In this document: positions 57,368-64,000 of the stretch, piece after piece
Numbering within the stretch: position 1 is the first letter of the stretch
How the letters are laid out: the number at the start of each line of letters is the position of its first letter
DNA from: an uncultured Thermus sp.
GTDB taxonomy: Bacteria > Deinococcota > Deinococci > Deinococcales > Thermaceae
DNA length: 64,000 bases
Assembly (NCBI GenBank): GCA_947085095.1
Contig: CAMTVD010000022.1
Location: forward strand, 32,001 to 96,000
Reading direction: 5' to 3'
The notes under the pieces: model-generated
The model's database searches: none
The model's input: the letters and a program-made list of their open reading frames with translations, nothing else
What the model was told of the DNA's origin: nothing
Made by a program: the position numbers and the translations under genes

Positions 57368-58219
57368 GAAGGCCAAAAAGGTGGAGACCACCACGCTCCG
57401 CGCCATGCGGGCCGCGTCCTTGCCGAACTCCTGGGAGAGCAAAAAGGCGTTCACGGCGATGGGGGTGGCGGACTGGAGGACCAAAACCTGGTGTTCCAGC
57501 CTGGAAAGGCCCAGGAGGAGGCCCACCAGGTAGGCGAAAAGGGGGGCCAAAAGGAGGCGGAGGGTGCTCGCCGTAAGCTCAAAAGCCCCGAGCCGGAAGG
57601 GGGTTTTGGCCATCTGCATCCCCAGGGTGAGGAGGAGGACGGGAATGGCCGCCTGGCCCATGAGGCGCACGCCCTCGTCCAGGCGGAAGGGGAAGGTGAC
57701 CTCCAGGGTCCGTAAGAGGAGGCCCAGGAGGAGGGCGTAGAAGAGGGGGAGGCGCAGGGTGAAGCGGAGGCCCTCGAGGACTCCTCCCCCCCGGATGAAG
57801 GCGGGCCCCAGGCCGAACATGAGGGCGCTGGAGAGGATGAAGTAGACCACGGCGAGCCCGAGCCCCGCCTCCCCCAGGGCGAAGTAGGCGAGGGAAAGCC
57901 CCATGTTGCCGGAGTTGGGGAAAAGGGCCGAGACGACAAGGCTCTTCCCCGCCTCCTGGCTTAGACGGAGGAGGCGGCCAAGGAGGGCCACGAAGAGGTA
58001 AAGACCCAGGTAGGTGAGGAGGAAGCCCAGGGTGAGGCCCAAAAGCCCCTCCCGGGTGAAGCTGGCCCGGTACATGGCATCAAAGATCAGGGCGGGCACC
58101 AGGAGGTAGACGGTGAGGCGGGAGAGGGTGGGGAGGTCCACGGGCACCCGCTTGCCCAAGAGGTAACCGGAAAGGACCACCAGGGCCACGGGAAAGACGG
58201 TGTTGAAGAGGGCTTCCAT
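57326..58219 (-). CDS. AEC (auxin efflux carrier) family transporter
   Basis: PALIF, NSGNMGL, ATPIAVN, VVST; about 10 TMs. Confidence 0.88.
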   Translation of the reverse strand: MEALFNTVFPVALVVLSGYLLGKRVPVDLPTLSRLTVYLLVPALIFDAMYRASFTREGLLGLTLGFLLTYLGLYLFVALLGRLLRLSQEAGKSLVVSALFPNSGNMGLSLAYFALGEAGLGLAVVYFILSSALMFGLGPAFIRGGGVLEGLRFTLRLPLFYALLLGLLLRTLEVTFPFRLDEGVRLMGQAAIPVLLLTLGMQMAKTPFRLGAFELTASTLRLLLAPLFAYLVGLLLGLSRLEHQVLVLQSATPIAVNAFLLSQEFGKDAARMARSVVVSTFLAFLTVPLVLLLIGLR

Positions 58220-58237
58220 GTGGGGCATTCTAGGGGC

Positions 58238-59062
58238 ATGGTGGGGTACAGGGCTTTAGCCGAGGCCATCCGCGGGGTCCTCCTCCGGGGAGGGGTGGCC
58301 CCCAGGCGCCAGGTCCTCCCCCTCCCCGGGGGGGAGTTTCTGGTCATGCCGGCGGCGGACGAGGAGGTGGCGGTCTGCAAGCTGGTCACGGTGGAGGCCC
58401 ACCGCCAGCCCATGGTGCAGGCGGAGGTCTGGGCCAGGCGCCTTTCCACGGGGGAGGTCTTCCACCTCCCCGGGGAGGAGATCACGAGAAGGCGCACCGC
58501 CGCCCTCTCCCTCCTGGCCGCCCAGGTCCTGGCCCCAAGGCGGGAGGGGGCTTTCCTCCTGGTGGGCCCCGGGGCCCAGGGGGAGGCCCACCTGGAGGCC
58601 TTCCACGAGGCTTTTCCCCTAAGCCGGGTTTACGTGCGGGGCAGGGGGAGGGAAAGGGTGGAGGCCCTCCTAAGGAAGGCCAGGGGGATGGGCCTCGAGG
58701 CGGAGGAGTGGCTGGGGGAGGAGGTCCCGGAAGAGGTGGCCTTCCTCGTCACCGCCACCCATAGCCCCACCCCGGTCCTGCCCGAAAGAGTGCCCCCCGG
58801 GGTCTTTGTGGCGGCCGTGGGCTCCTACCGCCCGGGGATGCGGGAGGTGCCAGGGGCCCTGGTGGAGCGGGCCGCCCTCTACGTGGACACGGAGGATGCC
58901 CTTTTGGAGGCCGGGGAGCTCCAGGGGGTGCAAAGACCCGCCATCCCCCTCAAGGAGGCCCTTTTGGGGCGGCGGGGCGAGGGGGAGTTCGTCCTCTTCA
59001 AGAGCGTGGGCCACGCCCTCTTTGACCTGGCGGCGGTTCGGGCCTATCTGGGGCTAGCCTAG
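58238..59062 (+). CDS. Ornithine cyclodeaminase / mu-crystallin family protein
   Basis: TRRRTAALS, GPGAQG, AVGSYRPGMRE, FKSVG..DLAA. Confidence 0.85.
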   Translation: MVGYRALAEAIRGVLLRGGVAPRRQVLPLPGGEFLVMPAADEEVAVCKLVTVEAHRQPMVQAEVWARRLSTGEVFHLPGEEITRRRTAALSLLAAQVLAPRREGAFLLVGPGAQGEAHLEAFHEAFPLSRVYVRGRGRERVEALLRKARGMGLEAEEWLGEEVPEEVAFLVTATHSPTPVLPERVPPGVFVAAVGSYRPGMREVPGALVERAALYVDTEDALLEAGELQGVQRPAIPLKEALLGRRGEGEFVLFKSVGHALFDLAAVRAYLGLA

Positions 59063-59967
59063 AGACGGACCACGATCTTCCCCGTGTGCCCCCGGTCCAA
59101 GAGGGCCTGGAAGGCGGCCTCGGCCTCGGTAAAGGGGAAGACCGCCCCCACCACGGGCCGCATCTCCTTGCCAAGACGGGGGAGCAAGAAGTCCAGGGCC
59201 TCCTGCAGAAGGGGCCTTTCCCGCAGGAGGGGGGCCAGCCAGAAGCCCAGGACGGCCAGGTTCTTGCGCATGAGGCGCAAGGGGTGGATGGGGGCCATCT
59301 CCCCCTCGGCGGCCCCGATGTAGACCAGGCGGCCCCTGGCCTTGAGGAAGTCCAGGCTTTCCTCCACCGCCTTGCCCCGCACCTCCAAGACGAGGTCCAC
59401 GCCCCCTATTTCCCGCATCCTTTCCGGCAGGGCCTCGTAGGTGGCCACGGCATCCGCCCCCAGGGTTTGGACCAGGGGGAGCTTCTCCGCCCTCGAGGCC
59501 GCCCCCAACACCCTAAGCCCCAGGGCCTTGGCGACCTGTACCGCCGCGGTGCCCAAGGCCCCCGCCGCCGCCTGGACCAAGACCCACTCCCCGGGCTTTG
59601 CCCGGGCCTCCCTTAGGGCCAAATAGGCGGTGAGGAAGGAGACGGGGAAGGCGGCGGCCTCCTCGGGGGAAAGGCCTTCCGGGAGGGGAAGGAGGGCCTC
59701 TTGGGGCACGGCCACCCGCTCCGCCAGGGTCCCGTGGGGCATGAGGGCCGCGTACCGCTTTCCCCCCACTCTGCCCACAGCCTCCATCCCCGGGGTAAAG
59801 GGGGGGCGGGCCCGGGTCAGGTAGCCCCCCAGGCGCATGAGGTGGTCGGCGAAGTTGAGCCCCACCGCCTCCACCTCCATCGCTACCTCCCCTGGGCCCG
59901 GCGCCGGCTCCGGCACCTCCTTCAAGACCATGGGCCCCCCTAACCTTTCCTGCACCCAAGCGCGCAT
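59059..59967 (-). CDS. NADPH:quinone oxidoreductase (MDR family)
   Basis: GLNFAD, PGME, AAAGALG, GKIV. Confidence 0.9.
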   Translation of the reverse strand: MRAWVQERLGGPMVLKEVPEPAPGPGEVAMEVEAVGLNFADHLMRLGGYLTRARPPFTPGMEAVGRVGGKRYAALMPHGTLAERVAVPQEALLPLPEGLSPEEAAAFPVSFLTAYLALREARAKPGEWVLVQAAAGALGTAAVQVAKALGLRVLGAASRAEKLPLVQTLGADAVATYEALPERMREIGGVDLVLEVRGKAVEESLDFLKARGRLVYIGAAEGEMAPIHPLRLMRKNLAVLGFWLAPLLRERPLLQEALDFLLPRLGKEMRPVVGAVFPFTEAEAAFQALLDRGHTGKIVVRL

Positions 59968-59976
59968 AGGCTCAGT

Positions 59977-60783
59977 TTATCCCTTTACTGAGCCCGCCAG
60001 GAGGCCTCGCAAGAAGTAGCGTCCCAGGAATATGTAGACCAAGAGCGTGGGCAAGGCCGCCAGGATGGCCCCGGCCATGGGCAGGTTCCACTTCACCGCC
60101 TCGCCTCCCGCCAACTGGGCTAGGGCTACGGTGATGGGCTGGCTCTCGGGCCGGGTGAGGGTAACAGCGAAAAGAAACTCGTTCCAGATCTGCGTGAACT
60201 GCCAGATGGCTACCACCACGAAGGCGGGGGCGGAAAGGGGCAGGATCACGTGGCGGAAGACCCCGAAGAAACCGGCCCCGTCTATGCGGGCCGCTTCCAC
60301 GAGCTCATCGGGGATCTCACTGTAATAGTTCTTGAAGATAAGGGTGACGATGGGAATGCCGTAGACCACGTGCACCAGGACCAGGCCCCAGAGGGATCCA
60401 TAAAGCCCGATAGCCTTCACAAACTGGAAAAGGGGGATGAGGATGCTCTGGTAGGGGATGAACATCCCGAAGAGCATGAGGGCGAAGAGGAGGCCCGACC
60501 CCCTAAAGGGCCACTTGGCCAGGACGTAGCCGTTCAGGGCCCCCACCAGGGCCGAGAGGAGGGTGGCGGAGGTGGCCAGCACCAGGCTGTTTTGGAACTT
60601 GGGCCGGAAGGCTTCCCAGGCGATGCGGAAGCTTTCCCAGTAGACGGGGTCTGGCCAGCGCCAGACGGCATCCAGGGTGATTTTGGCCGGCTCCTTGAGG
60701 GCGGTGAGGAGGACCAGGTAGACGGGAAGGAGGAAGAACAGCGTGACCAGGACAAGGAAGGCGTAGAGCAGCACACGGCCCAT
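59977..60783 (-). CDS. Carbohydrate ABC permease
   Basis: [20 protein letters not shown]. Confidence 0.93.
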   Translation of the reverse strand: MGRVLLYAFLVLVTLFFLLPVYLVLLTALKEPAKITLDAVWRWPDPVYWESFRIAWEAFRPKFQNSLVLATSATLLSALVGALNGYVLAKWPFRGSGLLFALMLFGMFIPYQSILIPLFQFVKAIGLYGSLWGLVLVHVVYGIPIVTLIFKNYYSEIPDELVEAARIDGAGFFGVFRHVILPLSAPAFVVVAIWQFTQIWNEFLFAVTLTRPESQPITVALAQLAGGEAVKWNLPMAGAILAALPTLLVYIFLGRYFLRGLLAGSVKG

Positions 60784-61892
60784 CAGCGCCGCACCTCCTT
60801 TCTCAGCTGACTTGCCAGGTAAGGGATCACCACTACCGCCACCAGGAGGAGGAGCAGGATGCCGATGGCCGCGCCTTTGGCGAACTGGTTGCCCCGGAAG
60901 GCCAAGAGGTACATGTAGATGGCCGGCACGTCGGTGGGGGCGTAGTCCAGGCCAGCCATGGCGAAGATCAGGTCAAAGATCTTGAGGGCGATGTGCCCCA
61001 GGACGATCATGGCGGCGAGGGTGATGGGGGCCAACATGGGGAAGATCACCCTGCGGAAAAGCTGCCACTCGCTGGCCCCATCCACCTTGGCGGCCTCAAT
61101 GACCTCTACGGGTATGCCCCGGAGGCCCGCCAGGTAGAGGGCCATGGTGTAGCCGGACATCTGCCAGATGGAGGCCAGGATGACCCCGATCAGGGCCAGG
61201 CTGAAGCCGTGGGGTTCGGGGTAGGGAAGGAGCTGGACCCGCTGCCCTAGGGTGAGGGCCCACAGGAGGAGCACCCCCCCCGATACCAGGCCCCATGACA
61301 TCCGCCTTCGCTCCCCCTCCCGGTAGGCCCTCCAGGCCAAGTAGAGAAAGGCAAGGCCCACCACCAGCGCGGTGTAGAAGGGAAGCTGGTTCCAGTCAAA
61401 GACCCAGACTTGTTCCCGGGTGGTGAGCCAGGGGAGGCGGAGAGGAGGCAGGCCGAAAAGGTTGGGGAGGACGTTTACCCCCCCCTGGGGTTGCAGGAGC
61501 CAGCGCCAGATGGTTCCCGTGACCACGAAGGAGAGGGCCATGGGGAAGAGGAAGACGGTGCGGAAGAAGCTCTCCCCCTTGGGGGCCCGGTCCAGGGCTA
61601 GGGCCAGGAGGAGGCCCAGCCCCAGGCTTCCCGCCATGAAGAAGACCGTGAAGAAGATGAGGTTGACGACGCTTTGCCGGAAGCGCACGTCCACGAATCC
61701 GGTGAAAAGCTCCCGGTAGTTTTCCAAGCCCAGGAAGCGGAGCTGGGGGTGGAGGGCCAGGGCCTGGGCGGGGTCCTTTCCCCAGTCGGTCATGGACACC
61801 CAGAGGTTCTGCCCGATAAAGCCGTAGACGAAGATGCCCACAGCTACCAAGGAAGGGAGAAGGACCAAAAAGGCCGCGATCCGGTCGCGCAC
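60783..61892 (-). CDS. Carbohydrate ABC permease
   Basis: [20 protein letters not shown] start after GGAGG. Confidence 0.92.
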   Translation of the reverse strand: MRDRIAAFLVLLPSLVAVGIFVYGFIGQNLWVSMTDWGKDPAQALALHPQLRFLGLENYRELFTGFVDVRFRQSVVNLIFFTVFFMAGSLGLGLLLALALDRAPKGESFFRTVFLFPMALSFVVTGTIWRWLLQPQGGVNVLPNLFGLPPLRLPWLTTREQVWVFDWNQLPFYTALVVGLAFLYLAWRAYREGERRRMSWGLVSGGVLLLWALTLGQRVQLLPYPEPHGFSLALIGVILASIWQMSGYTMALYLAGLRGIPVEVIEAAKVDGASEWQLFRRVIFPMLAPITLAAMIVLGHIALKIFDLIFAMAGLDYAPTDVPAIYMYLLAFRGNQFAKGAAIGILLLLLVAVVVIPYLASQLRKEVRR

Positions 61893-61910
61893 GTTCCCTC
61901 CAGGGAGAAA

Positions 61911-61937
61911 CCCGCGGGGGCCAGGGGCCCCCACGGG
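61911..61937 (-). terminator. Intercistronic stem-loop after the sugar SBP gene
   Basis: Imperfect inverted repeat CCCGCGGGGGC-CAGGG-GCCCCCACGGG. Confidence 0.55.
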
Positions 61938-61947
61938 CTGCAGGGGG

Positions 61948-63183
61948 TCAGCGCCCGAGGCCCACCTGGTTGGCGATGGCCTGGGCGGCGTTGGCTGCTG
62001 CCTGCGGGCTCCTGCTCTGCAGGTAGATCTCCATCACGGTGCCGAACTGGCTCATGAAGCTCTCGGAAGCCACAGCCCCGTGGACCAGGGAGCCCACGAT
62101 GCGGTTGGACTTCCAGTCCCTCATGGCGGACTGGCCATAGGCGTTGTACTTGGCGGAGTCGGAGTCCAGCCGGGCGGCGATGGAGCCCTTGAGGGGGTTG
62201 AAGGTGTCTTGGCCCTCCTTGGAGCCCACCAGCCTAAGCCAGTTGATGGCGTTTTGCCGGTTTTTCGCGCCCTTGGGCAGGCCGAAGGAGTCGGAGAGCA
62301 TCATGAAGACCCCTGAGGTGCCAGGAGAAGGCACCCAGGCGAAGTCGGTTCCGGGCTTCAGTTTCAGGGTCGTGGTCATGTAGCCTGCGGCCCAGTCCCC
62401 CATGACGTTGAAGGCCGCCTGGCCCTGGACCACCCGGTCCACGGCCTGCTGCCAGGAGAGGCCCGCCGCGTCTTTGTTGGCGCAGTCCAGTACCTTGCCG
62501 AAGGTTTCCCAAACGGCTACCGCCTTGGGGTCGGTGAACTTCAGCTTGCCATTCCAGAGGTTGTTCCAACCCTCAGGGCCCAGGATACCCAGGGCCACGC
62601 TCTCCCAGAGGTGCTGTTGCGTCCAGTTCTCTCCCAGGGCCAGGGGGGCCTCGAGGCCCTTCCTCTTGAGGGTCTGGCAGGTGGCTAGGAACTCGGCCCA
62701 GGTTTTGGGCGGCGTGACCCCCCACTCCTTGAGCTTGGCGGGCAGGTACCACATGACGTTGGAGCGGTGGATGTTCACCGGCACGCTCCAGATGCCCCCC
62801 TTGTAGGAAATCAGGTCCAAAAGCCCCTTGGGGAAGGCCTGGAGCCAACCCTCCTGCCGGAAGAGGGGGGTCAGGTCCTCCATGCGCTCCGCCACCACCC
62901 AGGTGCCAATGAGCTCCATTCCCGCGTGGACCTGGAAGGTGTCGGGGGGGTTCCCCCCTAGCATGCGGGTTTTGAGGACCGCCTTGGCGTTGACCCCCGC
63001 CCCCCCGGTCACGGTGGCGTTGATGACCTCCACCCCCGGGTACTTCTGCTTGTAGAGCCGGATGAGGGCCTCGAGGGCCGGGCCCTCGTCCCCCGCCCAC
63101 CAGGAGAAGATCTCCAGCTTGCCCGTCTGGGCCAGGGCGCTAAACCCCAAGGCCACCCCGATCGCCAAAAGCCACTTCCTCAT
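61948..63183 (-). CDS. Glucose-type sugar ABC substrate-binding protein
   Basis: [36 protein letters not shown]; resembles the Thermus glucose-binding protein as I recall it. Confidence 0.9.
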   Translation of the reverse strand: MRKWLLAIGVALGFSALAQTGKLEIFSWWAGDEGPALEALIRLYKQKYPGVEVINATVTGGAGVNAKAVLKTRMLGGNPPDTFQVHAGMELIGTWVVAERMEDLTPLFRQEGWLQAFPKGLLDLISYKGGIWSVPVNIHRSNVMWYLPAKLKEWGVTPPKTWAEFLATCQTLKRKGLEAPLALGENWTQQHLWESVALGILGPEGWNNLWNGKLKFTDPKAVAVWETFGKVLDCANKDAAGLSWQQAVDRVVQGQAAFNVMGDWAAGYMTTTLKLKPGTDFAWVPSPGTSGVFMMLSDSFGLPKGAKNRQNAINWLRLVGSKEGQDTFNPLKGSIAARLDSDSAKYNAYGQSAMRDWKSNRIVGSLVHGAVASESFMSQFGTVMEIYLQSRSPQAAANAAQAIANQVGLGR

Positions 63184-64000
63184 ACCTTACCTCCATTGCG
63201 ACGTGGGCTTTCCGCCCACAGGCCGCCCAACTCAAAGAAGCGGGCCAAAAAGAGGCCCGCTCCACCCACCGCCGGGGCCAGATGGCCGTAGGCAGAGGGT
63301 TGCACGGGAAGGCCCTGGTGGGCTTCCAAAAAGGCGTGAGCTTTCAGGGAGAGGCGCAAGGAGTGTTCCAGGTAAGGGAAGAGCTCGGCCACCTTGCCCC
63401 CCACCACCACCCGGGCGGGATCGTAGGCCACGGCCAGGTTGGCCAGGAGGCGGCCCAGGAGCTCCCCTAGGTGGCCTAAGGCCTCCAGGCTCGCAACGTC
63501 CCCTTCCTGGGCAAGGTTGCGGAGGGCCTCGAGGCTCCTAGCTTTGCCGCCTAGGGCCTGGTGGTGCTTGAGGAGGGTCCCCAAGCCCAGCTCGGTTTCC
63601 AGGCACCCTTGGCGGCCACAGGCGCAAGCCCTCTGCCCCGTTCCCAGCCAGTGGCCCAGCTCCCCCGCTGCCCCGTTGGCCCCCCGCAGGAGGCGGCCCT
63701 CGGCCACCACGCCCACGCCGAGCCCGGTGCTCAGGACCAGGTAGGCCAGGTTGGCCTCCCTGTGGAAGAGGACCTCAGAGAGGACCGAGGCCTTGGCGTC
63801 GTTTTCAAAGGCCACGGGCAGGGGAAAGTCCCCCAAGAGGGCCTGAAGGTCCAGCCCCCGCCAACCCAGGTTGGGGGCGAAGAGGAGGCGCGGGCTTTCC
63901 ATGACCCCGGGAACGGTGATGCCGAGGCCCAGGGCCTCGCCAATGTGGGGAAGCGCCCTTTCCCTCAGCTGCTCCAGCCGGGTCCGGGGGCTTTCCTCCT
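63180..64000 (-). CDS. ROK-family regulator/kinase (5' end outside window)
   Basis: [27 protein letters not shown]. Confidence 0.9.
   Translation of the reverse strand, partial: EESPRTRLEQLRERALPHIGEALGLGITVPGVMESPRLLFAPNLGWRGLDLQALLGDFPLPVAFENDAKASVLSEVLFHREANLAYLVLSTGLGVGVVAEGRLLRGANGAAGELGHWLGTGQRACACGRQGCLETELGLGTLLKHHQALGGKARSLEALRNLAQEGDVASLEALGHLGELLGRLLANLAVAYDPARVVVGGKVAELFPYLEHSLRLSLKAHAFLEAHQGLPVQPSAYGHLAPAVGGAGLFLARFFELGGLWAESPRRNGGKV

Overview
High-GC chromosomal window from a Thermus-like bacterium, inferred from gene content, protein similarity as I recall it, GC3-rich codons and frequent leaderless genes. Most of it is housekeeping and transport: hslU, fdhD, tatA, a tRNA-Pro/Gly/Arg operon, an acyl-CoA catabolic operon, a nucleoside-type ABC transporter, purH, a fatty-acid desaturase, dtd, two degV genes, serA, a Lol-like export cluster, trkAH, glucan phosphorylase, amino-acid ABC and TAXI-TRAP transporters, trpC, hisA, recJ, valS, mrp-prmA-rsmE and a glucose ABC/ROK operon. 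The main accessory feature is a ~6.9 kb element integrated in tRNA-Arg(TCT), with 46-bp attL/attR repeats at 3527-3572 and 10453-10498. It encodes a tyrosine integrase, an Xis/AlpA-like HTH protein, a Prim-Pol, a P-loop helicase and five unknown ORFs, but no recognisable capsid, lysis or conjugation genes. It looks like a minimal phage satellite or integrated replicon. It also carries TGACCCC arm repeats, a symmetric iteron array inside the helicase 3' end and a ~190-bp run of hairpins that may be an antisense RNA or packaging signal. Other oddities: an ABC ATPase that appears collapsed by an in-frame deletion, a reversed PIN/HTH toxin-antitoxin module coupled to a patatin gene, a frameshifted Uma2 gene, and TCGA avoidance alongside abundant CCTCGAGG. 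All calls come from reading the sequence and ORF track; no database searches were run.
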